Positions 16,266 through 25,786 of a DNA stretch of 64,000 nucleotides are shown here, in pieces. The notes under the pieces are model-generated. The model saw nothing but the letters and a program-made list of their open reading frames with translations. It was not told where the DNA came from and ran no database searches. Where the stretch lies: positions 3,345 to 67,344 of the forward strand of contig JAHBTD010000005.1 of assembly GCA_019638775.1 (NCBI GenBank), in the 5' to 3' direction. A program made the translations under genes and the position numbers. The DNA is from Fimbriimonadaceae bacterium (GTDB lineage Bacteria; Armatimonadota; Fimbriimonadia; Fimbriimonadales; Fimbriimonadaceae). Positions within the stretch are counted from its first letter, which is position 1; the number at the start of each line of letters is the position of its first letter.

Positions 16266-19200
16266 ATGCTTTCCTGTCTGCTCGTCGCGGTTTTGATGCC
16301 CGCTGCTGGGAGTCTTCAGCCCGCACAACTGAGGTGTGAAGCTCTTGCCAACCCGGTTGGAGTTGCCACGGCAACTCCGCGCTTGAGTTGGAAGCTGAAC
16401 GCCACCGACAAAGCTGCACACAACCTGCGTCAAACGGGTTACCGGATCACGGTTGGAAGCCAGTCCGGGAAGAGTGATTTGTGGGATACGGGCAAGGTCC
16501 AGTCGGGAGACACGTTCGGAATCGCCTATGCCGGCAAGCCGCTCGCATCGGGACAGAAGGTTTGGTGGAGGGTGCAGGTCTTCGACCAGAAGGGCGTCGC
16601 CTCCGACTGGAGCGCGGCTGCCGAATGGTCGGTCGGTCTGCTGAAGCCTAGCGATTGGAAGGCGCAATGGATCGGCTACGACGCCCCGGTGAATGCCAAC
16701 CGGTCGCGCGATCCGTTCAGCGATGCGTCGTGGATTTGGGCGGAATCGGGGGATGTCGTCTACTTCAAGCGGGTTCTGGTGCTGAACGCTGGCTTCACCA
16801 AAGCGACTCTGCGCATCACGGCTGACGATCAGTTCTCGGCGACGATCAACGGACACAAGGTTGCCGAGAGTGACGGCAAGACGGACGCATGGCGACGACC
16901 GGTCGAAGTGGACGTGACCGACAAGCTGCTGACGGCAGACAACACGATCCTCGTTCGGGCGACGAATTCGGGCGGGGCGGCGGGCTTGCTCGCCAAGCTG
17001 ACCGTCGCATACACGGGCAACAACGCAGTCGAGATGTCGACGGGCAGCGCATGGCAGGTGGCGACTTCGGAGAGCGGGCCGTTCACTCCGGCGAAGGTGC
17101 TCGGCGCTTACGGAGCGGAGCCTTGGGGCCGCGTCGGGCCGCAGAACCTCCACCTTCCTCCGCCGCGACTTCTGCGCCATGAATTCTCCTTGAACAAGCC
17201 GGTCAAGCGGGCTATCCTTTACGGCTCGGCTCTTGGTCTGCTCGATCTTCGGCTGAACGGCAAAGCCGTCACCGACGAGCTGTTCATGCCGGGATGGACC
17301 GACTACACGAAGCGCGTCTACGCTCGCGGCTACGATGTCACCAAAGCGCTGAAGCAGGGCAACAATGCGGTCGGCGTCGTCTTGGGCGACGGCTGGTATT
17401 CCGGCTACGTGGGCTACGGCGGACGGCGAAACCACTACGGCACGAAGACGCGGGCTTTGGTGCAGCTGAACGTCGAATACACCGACGGCACGACTCAGAC
17501 CATCGCCAGCGGACCGGATTGGAAGGCCAGCACCGGCCCAACGCTGGAAGGCGACTTCCTTATGGGTGAGGCCTACGACGCCCGGCTGGAGAAGGCGGGC
17601 TGGGACAGCGCAGGATATTCGGATCGAGGCTGGTTCTCGGTGCAGACGGGCGCGGAGATGAATCCCGTCGTCGAACCGTTCCCTGGGCAGCCGGTGCGCC
17701 CCTATGAAGTGCTGAAGGCGAAGACGGTCACCGAGCCCAAGCCGGGGGTTTATGTGCTGGACCTCGGGCAGAATCTGGCGGGATTTGCGAGGCTGAAGGT
17801 CAAGGGGGAGAAGGGACAGAAGATCGTGCTGCGCTTTGCCGAACGGCTGAGCCCAGACGGAAACATCTACACCACCAACCTTCGCGGCGCGCGCACGATC
17901 GACACCTACATCTGCAAAGGGGAGGGCGTCGAGACGTGGTCGCCCAAGTTCACTTTCCACGGCTTCCAGTACATCGAAGTGACGGGGCTTGGGCACAAGC
18001 CCGCGCCCGATGAAGTGGTCGGGATCGCCATCAGCAGCGATACGCCCGACGCAGGAACTCTGGAGACCAGCGACCCGATGCTCAACCGGCTGGTGAAAAA
18101 TGCTTGGTGGACGCAGAAGATGAACTTCATCGACATCCCCACCGACTGCCCCCAGCGCGACGAGCGGTTGGGCTGGACCGGAGATGCGCAGGCCTACATC
18201 CGCACGGCGACGATGCTGAACGACGTTCAGCCGTTCTTCGCGAAGTGGCTCGTCTCACTGGACGACGCTCAGCGCGAAGACGGGCAGTATCCGATGGTCG
18301 CCCCGCTCAAGGTTGCGGGCGGGGACGGCGGTCCGGCGTGGGCCGATGCGGGTGTCATCTGCCCGTGGACGATCTACGACGTTTATGGCGACAAGGAGCT
18401 TTTGGCCCGCCACTATCCGCAGATGAAGAAGTTCATCGAGTTCTGCGTGAAGCGGTCTACGCCGGAGATGCTGCCTCCCAAGCAGTTCCACTGCTTCGGC
18501 GACTGGGTGAGCATCAACGCGAACACCCCGAACGAAGTGATCTACACCGCCTACTTCGCAGGCTCGGCAAGGCTCCTCGCTCAAGCGGCATCTGCGCTCG
18601 GCAAGCCCGACGAAGCCCAAAAGCATATGGCCCTTTATCGCCAGGTTCGGGCGGCTTTTCAGAAAGCCTACGTCAAGCCGGACGGCTCGGTTTTGGGCGA
18701 TACGCAATGCTCGTACATCCTGGCTCTGGTGTTCGACCTTTTGGAGCCGGAGATGGTGGGCAAGGTCGCTGACCGCCTGGTCGCCGATATTGAGAAGCGC
18801 GGATGGCACCTTTCCACCGGGTTCGTCGGCACGCGCGACATCATGCACGTCCTCAGCAAGATCGGGCGCAACGACGTGGCGTTCCGGCTTCTCCACAACG
18901 ACACTTTCCCCAGTTGGGGCTTCACCATCAAAAACGGCGCGACCAGCATCTGGGAGCGGTGGGACGGCTGGACGCCGGAAAAGGGCTTCCAAGACCCCGG
19001 CATGAACTCCTTTGCCCACTATGCGTTTGGAGCCGTTGTGGGGTGGATGTTTGCCCAGCCCGCGGGCATCGACAACCTCGCGCCTGGGTTCAAGAGGATC
19101 AAGATCGCGCCGCAGATCGACCCCAAGCTAACCTGGCTGAAGTCGTCTTACGATTCCGTCCGGGGCAGGATCGTGTCGGAATGGAGCGTGAAGGACGGAA

Positions 19201-19355
19201 AGCTGACGATGCGGGTGGTGATTCCGCCGAATACGACGGCGGAGATTCACGTTCCGGCGACGGGGGTAGAAGCCACTCCGAAAGTAGAGGCAAGCGCGGA
19301 CCGCATCTACCGGGTGGGCTCGGGCGAGTATACGTTTGTTGGGAAGCTGAGGTGA
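16266..19355 (+). CDS. Alpha-L-rhamnosidase, glycoside hydrolase family 78
   Basis: Signal peptide. LRCEALANPVGV...PRLSWKL start. Catalytic-domain motif DCPQRDERLGWTGDAQ. Confidence 0.9.
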   Translation: MLSCLLVAVLMPAAGSLQPAQLRCEALANPVGVATATPRLSWKLNATDKAAHNLRQTGYRITVGSQSGKSDLWDTGKVQSGDTFGIAYAGKPLASGQKVWWRVQVFDQKGVASDWSAAAEWSVGLLKPSDWKAQWIGYDAPVNANRSRDPFSDASWIWAESGDVVYFKRVLVLNAGFTKATLRITADDQFSATINGHKVAESDGKTDAWRRPVEVDVTDKLLTADNTILVRATNSGGAAGLLAKLTVAYTGNNAVEMSTGSAWQVATSESGPFTPAKVLGAYGAEPWGRVGPQNLHLPPPRLLRHEFSLNKPVKRAILYGSALGLLDLRLNGKAVTDELFMPGWTDYTKRVYARGYDVTKALKQGNNAVGVVLGDGWYSGYVGYGGRRNHYGTKTRALVQLNVEYTDGTTQTIASGPDWKASTGPTLEGDFLMGEAYDARLEKAGWDSAGYSDRGWFSVQTGAEMNPVVEPFPGQPVRPYEVLKAKTVTEPKPGVYVLDLGQNLAGFARLKVKGEKGQKIVLRFAERLSPDGNIYTTNLRGARTIDTYICKGEGVETWSPKFTFHGFQYIEVTGLGHKPAPDEVVGIAISSDTPDAGTLETSDPMLNRLVKNAWWTQKMNFIDIPTDCPQRDERLGWTGDAQAYIRTATMLNDVQPFFAKWLVSLDDAQREDGQYPMVAPLKVAGGDGGPAWADAGVICPWTIYDVYGDKELLARHYPQMKKFIEFCVKRSTPEMLPPKQFHCFGDWVSINANTPNEVIYTAYFAGSARLLAQAASALGKPDEAQKHMALYRQVRAAFQKAYVKPDGSVLGDTQCSYILALVFDLLEPEMVGKVADRLVADIEKRGWHLSTGFVGTRDIMHVLSKIGRNDVAFRLLHNDTFPSWGFTIKNGATSIWERWDGWTPEKGFQDPGMNSFAHYAFGAVVGWMFAQPAGIDNLAPGFKRIKIAPQIDPKLTWLKSSYDSVRGRIVSEWSVKDGKLTMRVVIPPNTTAEIHVPATGVEATPKVEASADRIYRVGSGEYTFVGKLR

Positions 19356-19387
19356 TGCGTGAATCGTGAATCGTGAATCGTGAATCG
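19353..19387 (+). repeat. Heptamer array TGATGCG (TGAATCG)4
   Basis: The first TGA of the array is the GH78 stop codon (19353-19355). Five in-phase units, each with TGA. Confidence 0.9.
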
Positions 19388-19514
19388 TAGGATGGACTTC
19401 ATGAGTTGTTTGAAATCTGCGTTTGTTGCCTAGCCCTGCTCGTGCTCTAAACTCATCCACAAAATGCTTGGCGGAGGCTTGGTCTTTTGTCGCTTTTGCA
19501 CCATCATATAGGCG

Positions 19515-20300
19515 ATGTTTACGCTCGCTGCACAGGAGACCGAAGTCGGTCGCAGGTTTGCCGAAGACGGCTATTACATCGCTAAGGGCGTCTTCAGCCC
19601 GACCGAGATCGGGGAGCTTGAAGAGGACTTCGACCGGATCGTGGCACAGCTCTACGCGAGCGGGGAAGAGATCAACGCGACTTGGGGCGGGCCGGAGATG
19701 GAGCGGATGGGCGCGGCGAAGATGCAGGTGATCCACACGCACAACGTCCAGCTCTATTCGGCACGGTGGGCGAAGGCGCTCTATCACGAGCGGTTCTTGG
19801 CGGCGGCACGGGACATTCTGGGGGAGAACATCGTTCTCAACCACAGCAAGCTCTTTCAGAAGCCGAGCGAAAACGGCGCACCGTTCCCGATGCACCAGGA
19901 TTGGGAGTATTTCCCGACCGTCAAGGACACGATGATGGCGGGGATCATCCACGTCTCCCATGCGACCGACGAGATGGGATGCCTGCGCGTGTACCCGGGT
20001 TCGCACAAGCTGGGGCGGATCGGCGGCTCCAACGGGCATTCAGAGAAGCTGCTGGAGGAGTATCCGATCGAGAAGGCGACTCCGCTGGAAGCGGAGCCGG
20101 GGGATGTGGTGTTCTTCCACTACTTCACGATCCACGGATCGATGCCGAACCGGTCGGACCGGGTGCGTAAGACCGTCCTCGTCCAGCTTTATGCCGGGGA
20201 TGATCGCATTGAGGATGGTTGCGGACATCCCGACGAGAAGCTGGTTTTGAGCGGTTGGAACTTCCACGCCAGCCGAAACGCGGCGAACCGCCAGAAATAG
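19515..20300 (+). CDS. Phytanoyl-CoA dioxygenase (PhyH) family Fe(II)/2-oxoglutarate oxygenase
   Basis: FAEDGYYIAKGVFS N-terminus. HxD motif (HQDWEYF) and a distal His (IHGS). Confidence 0.8.
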   Translation: MFTLAAQETEVGRRFAEDGYYIAKGVFSPTEIGELEEDFDRIVAQLYASGEEINATWGGPEMERMGAAKMQVIHTHNVQLYSARWAKALYHERFLAAARDILGENIVLNHSKLFQKPSENGAPFPMHQDWEYFPTVKDTMMAGIIHVSHATDEMGCLRVYPGSHKLGRIGGSNGHSEKLLEEYPIEKATPLEAEPGDVVFFHYFTIHGSMPNRSDRVRKTVLVQLYAGDDRIEDGCGHPDEKLVLSGWNFHASRNAANRQK

Positions 20301-20301
20301 C

Positions 20302-20868
20302 CTAGGGGTCGCTAACGAGACGCACGGCTGGTTCTTCATCCTCGAGGATTGAAGGGAATCGCCCGATATCATCGCGCACGAAGAAGTTGTCGTTGAGGTC
20401 GTCGTTTGCGGTAGAGACCTCGCCGATGATGCACTGAGGGGTCATCGGCTCAAACTCGTGGTAGATACCCGCTGGGATTGTGATCCTTTCGCCGGGACGA
20501 AGAACAATGGTTTCGCCGGGCATAACGGTTCTTGCTTCGCCATTGACGCTGATTTGAAACTCTGTGCCAAGGCGATTCGGTTGATCGGGCCAGACTGTTA
20601 CTGCCAACTCTCCCCATCGGGCGATGATGTCCTCTTTCTTTTTGGCGTGGGTGTGCGCTGGTGTAACCATGCCTCTTCTGGCGTACATGAGCTTCTCGCA
20701 ATATTCAGGCTCGTTGGCCAGGGTGATCAGGACAAGGCCAAAACGCTGCCAGTCGTTAAGGCCGAAGTCTGTGATGTCCCACATTGGTTTTGGAGGGAGA
20801 GCCCACCCCTGTTCTGCAAAGCAGGTTGAAGCCTGTCTGTAGAGCAAGTTTATTTCGCTACGTTTCAT
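20302..20868 (-). CDS. D-lyxose/D-mannose isomerase-like cupin
   Basis: MKRSEINLLY...EKLMYARRGMVTPAHTHAKKKEDII matches the D-lyxose ketol-isomerase cupin pattern. ATG 20868 lies inside track ORF 20302-20883. Confidence 0.8.
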   Translation of the reverse strand: MKRSEINLLYRQASTCFAEQGWALPPKPMWDITDFGLNDWQRFGLVLITLANEPEYCEKLMYARRGMVTPAHTHAKKKEDIIARWGELAVTVWPDQPNRLGTEFQISVNGEARTVMPGETIVLRPGERITIPAGIYHEFEPMTPQCIIGEVSTANDDLNDNFFVRDDIGRFPSILEDEEPAVRLVSDP

Positions 20869-21161
20869 TCCTTCGCCACACACGCAGTCGTAGGCTGTTC
20901 CCAGGTCATGCTTTGCAACAACGCTTATCGTCGACGCTAAAAGCCCATCCTATTGGATGCTACTTGTCACGGCGAGGATACCCATCGATTGTTGCGGAGC
21001 CTAAACGGGAAGTTGTGAGATTGGTACGGCTGCGTGAGCATGTTACCAATTTCGTTCCGTGCATGGCACTGAATAATATTTCTGTTCTTAAGCAGGCTGA
21101 AAACCCGGTAGATGTCGATCCCCGTAGCGAGCTGAGAATTAATATAAGGTAAGTTCATCGG

Positions 21162-21881
21162 GTGTCCCGTCCGGAACATCCCTCAGAAAATGTCGTTCTC
21201 AACTTAGAGAAGCAGGCTCTTGAGCCTGAGTTAAGGAGAATGTTAAAGAGTTTTCCCGCGCAAGTTTTGGGGGATCGCTTGCGTCGTGCCCGGGTTCGGC
21301 AGTCCATCTCTGTACGCGATCTTGCCAAGGCAGCGGCGGTAAGCAAGAACTCCATCACACGTTTAGAGCACGGCGGGGGGACAAATCCCGCGACGCTTGT
21401 GAAGGTTTGCGCTGCTTTGGGACTTCATGTGGCGGGCCTACTGCGCAAAGAGCAGCAGTCGGAGCAGATCGTTGTCGTTCATCGCAAACAGGACGACCGT
21501 TGGTTCGATATGACCGACTTTGGCGCGGGGCCGTTGGGGGGATTGGACCGTCCGATTTCATCCGAGGAGCGAGCGGCATTTGTTGCAGCGGGAGCTCAGG
21601 TGCCCTTGCTCATGCTCACAAACAGATTGGAGTCGGGGCGATTGTTGCCTGCGATTCTTGAATTGCATAGCCAGAGCGAACTGCGAAGCCATGCGGGCGA
21701 GGAGATGGTTTATGTTTTGGCGGGCTCGATTGTGCTGAAGGTGGGCGAGCAAGAGGTGATCCTGCATGAAGGTGAATGCGCGACCTTTTGGAGCGCAGAG
21801 CAGCACGCATATGCTCCAGCACCTGGATCGCCACTGCCCGCGAGGGTTTTGTCGATCCGGTCTGACGACCGACCCGGATAG
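21162..21881 (+). CDS. XRE-family HTH regulator with C-terminal cupin domain
   Basis: HTH LGDRLRRARVRQSISVRDLAKAAAVSKNSITRLEHG, then a cupin-like C-terminus. The start is uncertain (GTG 21162 or ATG 21240). Confidence 0.75.
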   Translation: MSRPEHPSENVVLNLEKQALEPELRRMLKSFPAQVLGDRLRRARVRQSISVRDLAKAAAVSKNSITRLEHGGGTNPATLVKVCAALGLHVAGLLRKEQQSEQIVVVHRKQDDRWFDMTDFGAGPLGGLDRPISSEERAAFVAAGAQVPLLMLTNRLESGRLLPAILELHSQSELRSHAGEEMVYVLAGSIVLKVGEQEVILHEGECATFWSAEQHAYAPAPGSPLPARVLSIRSDDRPG

Positions 21882-21970
21882 TGTGATAATGGTGCGGCAA
21901 GAAATTATATAACGTTCCTTATACGGAACATATATGATGTTCTCCATTGGTCTATACGGGAGGTTGATTG

Positions 21971-23419
21971 CTAAACTGCAGTTGCCTCTTTCTTGAGCCC
22001 GCGGTCAACGGGAAGGCCCGCTTTAACATAGGCTTCAAACCCGTCGGTTAGGTTTATCACATTGGTGAACCCCTTCGTCTGGAGATAGCTCAGACCGATG
22101 CAGGAGCGTCCGCCGCCGCCGCAGTGGAGGATGAGCGGTTTATGCCGTGGCAGTTCATCAAGTTGCTTATCCATATAGCCAAGAGGGATATTCTTAACTC
22201 CGGGGATGTGTGCTTCGGCGTATTCGTTAGCTCCCCGAACGTCGAGAAGCTCGGCCTCACCTGTTTTGAATCGCTCTGCAGCTTCGATTGCACTGATCTG
22301 TGGCATTGGCTTTGCTTCAAATCCAGCTTGAGCAGCCGCCTCAAAGGCTTCAGTGTCGAACCAGCCGGCTACATTGTCCAGTCCGATCATCGCCAAGTCT
22401 TTCACCGCTTGCTCAACCGCCTGTTGGCTCGTGGCGATGAGATAAATTGGCTTGTCGAAAGGAAGGAGCCACCCTGCCCAAGTTGTAAAGCTCCTGTTGC
22501 TTGGGATGCTCAGCACTCCGGGGATCAGAGCTTGCAGGGCTTCGCCATAGCTGCGAGTGTCTACGATCACAGCCTTTGCCTTCAGCAAATCGACAATGTC
22601 GGAAGGGTGCATCTTTTGAGGTTTCGTGAGCCCTTGCCGGATTGCTGGACCGACCTTGTTCATCCTCTTCATCTCTTTGAAGTAGTAGGGGGGCTCTGGC
22701 TGTCCTGAAAGAACCGTGTCGACAAAATCCTGCTCGCGATCTGTCTTCAGTCCCCAGTTCGCATCCTTTTCATAGCCTAAGGTGCTTACAGGCACACCGC
22801 CAAGGCTCTTTCCACATGCCGATCCAGCGCCGTGAGCGGGCCAGATGAGCACGGTTTCCGGCAGGCTGCTCTTGAACTTGCAGAGCGCATCAAAGAGCAC
22901 CCTTGCACCGGCTTCCATGGTGTCCTTGAAGCCGGCGACTTTATCTAATAGGTCAGGGCGTCCAACATCACCAACAAAAATAAAGTCTCCCGTAAAGACT
23001 CCGAGAGGCATGCTGCTGGCGGGCTCGTCGGTGAGGACAAAGCTGATGTGCTCGGGCGTATGTCCGGGCGTATGGAGCACGTCGAGCCGGACGTTGCCGA
23101 CGCGTATGTGGTCGCCGTTTTTGACAAGCTTGACGTTCGGCTGATCGGCGAAGCTGTACTTCCACTCTTCGTTACCCTCGTCGGAGAGGAAGAGCGTTGC
23201 GCCGGTGCGATCGGCGAGCTCGCGGCTGCCCGAGCAGAAGTCGGCGTGGATATGAGTCTCGGTGACGGCGCTGATGCTCAATCCCTCGGCACTGGCGGCT
23301 TGAATGTACTGTTCGAGATCACGGTTGGGATCGATCACGCAAGCCTCGCCGGTTTTTGCGCAACCTATCAAATAGCTGGCCTGTGCAAGCTTATCGTCGT
23401 AGAAGCGTTTGAGAATCAT
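21971..23419 (-). CDS. MBL-fold hydrolase (persulfide-dioxygenase-like) fused to two rhodanese domains
   Basis: THIHADF metal motif in the N-terminal MBL domain. C-terminal rhodanese with active-site HCGGGGRS. Confidence 0.85.
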   Translation of the reverse strand: MILKRFYDDKLAQASYLIGCAKTGEACVIDPNRDLEQYIQAASAEGLSISAVTETHIHADFCSGSRELADRTGATLFLSDEGNEEWKYSFADQPNVKLVKNGDHIRVGNVRLDVLHTPGHTPEHISFVLTDEPASSMPLGVFTGDFIFVGDVGRPDLLDKVAGFKDTMEAGARVLFDALCKFKSSLPETVLIWPAHGAGSACGKSLGGVPVSTLGYEKDANWGLKTDREQDFVDTVLSGQPEPPYYFKEMKRMNKVGPAIRQGLTKPQKMHPSDIVDLLKAKAVIVDTRSYGEALQALIPGVLSIPSNRSFTTWAGWLLPFDKPIYLIATSQQAVEQAVKDLAMIGLDNVAGWFDTEAFEAAAQAGFEAKPMPQISAIEAAERFKTGEAELLDVRGANEYAEAHIPGVKNIPLGYMDKQLDELPRHKPLILHCGGGGRSCIGLSYLQTKGFTNVINLTDGFEAYVKAGLPVDRGLKKEATAV

Positions 23420-23501
23420 CTTGCTTTTCCTACGCCTGTTGGCGTGTATGACATGTTAGAGGCTGAACGATTCGCGGAGGATTCTACAAGGGTAAGACTC
23501 T

Positions 23502-24734
23502 TTAGGACGTTTCTTTGTGGAGGTCCTTTTTAGAATCTGACAGGCCCTTTTCTAGTTCGGACGCAATTCTTCGATATGCTTCTCTGAAGCTGATTCCTTG
23601 CTCTTGTACAAGTTCGAAAGCCCGTTCTGCGGAGTAGAGCGACGGATCCATGGCCTCGGATGTTCTCTGAGCATTAAATTGAACTCCTGGGATGGCATGT
23701 TCCATCACTCGAAGCATTTCCAGTGTGGAGTCAATCATTCTAAAAAGTGGTCCTTTGATAAGTTGAAGATCGCGGTGGTACCCCGAGGTCATCTTGCTTG
23801 TGATTGCCAGGATTGCTTGTAGGTCTGCTGGCGCTTGAGAGGAGTGTCCCCGTACTAGTTCAAAGATGTCGGGGTTTCGCTTTTGCGGCATGATGGATGA
23901 GCCGGTCGTGAATTCCTTAGGGAGCCTAACGAACGCAAACTCTTGTGTTGCATACAGGCAGAGATCGGCGGCAAGCCGTCCGAGATCTTGTTGGACAAGA
24001 CACAGGGCAAAAGCCAAGCTCGCTTCGGCCTTTCCGCGTGAGAGTTGGACAGCGGTGACGGGCTCGTGGGTTTCTTTGAACTGGAGGTCGCGGGTTGTTC
24101 GTTCTCGGTTGATTGGGATACCGGGTGTGCCATACCCCGCTGCCGAACCGAGTGGATTCTTGTCGATGAGGGTTAAGGCCGATTCGATCATTTTGACATC
24201 GTCGGTAAGCTCGGCGGCAAAGCCGTTTGCCCAGAGTGCAACCGTCGAGGGCATGGCTGGCTGCAGGTGCGTGTAACCGGGTAACGGGATATCCCCTTGA
24301 GAGCTTGCAAGCTGCTGCAAAACTGTGACAACGGCGGTCGTGCACTCGGAAGAGATGGCGACGACGTCGCGCAAGTAGAGGCGCAGTGCGGCTAGAACTT
24401 GATCGTTTCGGGACCGGCCAAGATGGATGCGCTCGCCGAGGTCTCCGAGCCAGGCGACCAAGCGATTTTCGATTGCTGTGTGCACATCCTCTTCGTCGAG
24501 TCGGATGGTCCACTCACCTCGGGCGTGTTGTTCGCCAAGCTGCATGAGGGCATCGCAAAGGGAGTCGGACTGATCATAAGTAAGGTGTCCACACTCGGCG
24601 AGCATTGCCGCGTGAGCTTGAGAAGCCCGGATATCGTACGGAACGAGTCGGGCATCAAGAATGTGGTCCTCACCCACCGTGAAGCTTAAAATCAGTTCGT
24701 CGATCGATTCGCCTTTATCCCAGAGCCGTGGCAT
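23502..24734 (-). CDS. argH: Argininosuccinate lyase
   Basis: MPRLWDKG... fumarate-lyase fold with signature GSSIMPQKRNP. ATG 24734 is preceded by AGGAGG with a 6-nt spacer (the track ORF starts at TTG 24740). Confidence 0.9.
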   Translation of the reverse strand: MPRLWDKGESIDELILSFTVGEDHILDARLVPYDIRASQAHAAMLAECGHLTYDQSDSLCDALMQLGEQHARGEWTIRLDEEDVHTAIENRLVAWLGDLGERIHLGRSRNDQVLAALRLYLRDVVAISSECTTAVVTVLQQLASSQGDIPLPGYTHLQPAMPSTVALWANGFAAELTDDVKMIESALTLIDKNPLGSAAGYGTPGIPINRERTTRDLQFKETHEPVTAVQLSRGKAEASLAFALCLVQQDLGRLAADLCLYATQEFAFVRLPKEFTTGSSIMPQKRNPDIFELVRGHSSQAPADLQAILAITSKMTSGYHRDLQLIKGPLFRMIDSTLEMLRVMEHAIPGVQFNAQRTSEAMDPSLYSAERAFELVQEQGISFREAYRRIASELEKGLSDSKKDLHKETS

Positions 24735-25716
24735 GAGCAACCTCCTTTAACAATGCTCTGTAAAATTCGAAGCCCTGTTCAATCTCACTGGCAAGCACAA
24801 ACTCGTCTGCGGTGTGTGACCGGGCGGAAATTCCGGGGCCACACTTGATTGCCGGTACTCCCTGAAAGAAGACTTGGTCGGACATCGTTAGGCTGGCAAA
24901 TGTTTTCGTTCCAGTGCCGATACGTAAAGCAGATTGAACGATTATTGCATCGACGGGGCACTGGTAGGGTTCGAGCCGCGATGAATGTATACGAATTTCG
25001 CCGGCAACGCATTCTTCCAACCTTTCTAACAATTCAGAATGAGTCAGGCCAGGGACGGTTCGAAAATCAAGCTTGGCAGAGGCTTCGGCGGGGACCTGAT
25101 TGTGGGTTGCTGCTCCTTTGAGGACAGTGGGTTGAAGACTTGAGACGCCTAATTGGGGGTGCGGCTCGCCGAGGTCGATCTGCCTTAGCTTCACGATGTC
25201 TTCGGCGAGTCCCCAGACAGGATTGACTGCTCCTAACGAGTTGGCGTTTGCCGCGTGGCAAGCTGTGCCTTGGTGGACCAATTCGAGGATCATTAAGCCT
25301 CTTTGAGCTATTCCAATCTGCAACTCGGTCGGTTCGCCAACGACAACACCATCTGGTTCCCAGCCTTGCTGCTGCAGCCAAGGCCAGGCTATTTCGGTGC
25401 CCTTCCCGCCGGTCTCCTCTTCGCAGACGAGCATCAGGACGACCTCGCACGGTCCGCCTGCTTTTTGGACACCTAAGAGCGTAGCGATCATCGCGGCGGC
25501 GCTGGCTTTTGCGTCGTTGCTGCCGAGCCCGTACACCTTGCCATCGATCGTCTCTACATTCCACGGATCGCGGGTCCACCCGTCGTTCGGAGGGACGGTA
25601 TCAAGATGAGTGTTTAAGAGGATCTTTGGGCCTGATCCTGCTTTGGCGATGACGTTATCGCCGAGACGTGTGACTTCGGCTCCGCTTTCGCGCAAGAGGT
25701 CCTCTACCCAGTCCAT
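24715..25716 (-). CDS. argE: M20-family deacylase (acetylornithine/acetylcitrulline deacetylase ArgE-like)
   Basis: NTHLDTVPP, GSNDAKAS and EEETGG motifs. The frame stays protein-like upstream (LDVLEIHCRLVSIPSVSHQEAQI) with no ATG/GTG/TTG. The probable true start is CTG 25785 (see findings). Confidence 0.8.
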   Translation of the reverse strand: MDWVEDLLRESGAEVTRLGDNVIAKAGSGPKILLNTHLDTVPPNDGWTRDPWNVETIDGKVYGLGSNDAKASAAAMIATLLGVQKAGGPCEVVLMLVCEEETGGKGTEIAWPWLQQQGWEPDGVVVGEPTELQIGIAQRGLMILELVHQGTACHAANANSLGAVNPVWGLAEDIVKLRQIDLGEPHPQLGVSSLQPTVLKGAATHNQVPAEASAKLDFRTVPGLTHSELLERLEECVAGEIRIHSSRLEPYQCPVDAIIVQSALRIGTGTKTFASLTMSDQVFFQGVPAIKCGPGISARSHTADEFVLASEIEQGFEFYRALLKEVAHATALG

Positions 25717-25786
25717 GATCTGCGCCTCCTGGTGGGAGACGGACGGGATGGAAACCAGCCTGCAGTGGATTTCGAGGACGTCCAGA

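Noticed and set aside
16245-17996. 583-aa ORF antisense to the GH78 rhamnosidase gene
   Set aside because: Its composition is Arg/Ala/Pro/Gly-rich, typical of a shadow ORF in high-GC DNA. It overlaps entirely a gene with clear GH78 motifs and has no motif of its own.
20967-21179. 70-aa ORF in the lower-GC spacer between the lyxose-isomerase-like gene and the XRE regulator (also 20784-21152 on +)
   Set aside because: GAGGG abuts the ATG with no spacer. The ORF overlaps the regulator start, has no recognisable motif, and both strands are open. I treat it as a divergent promoter region.
21895-21960. AT-rich imperfect palindrome (TATATAACGTTCC...GGAACATATAT) between convergent genes
   Set aside because: The stem is only 5 bp perfect, with imperfect AT extensions. 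It may be a weak terminator, but the support is too thin to call.
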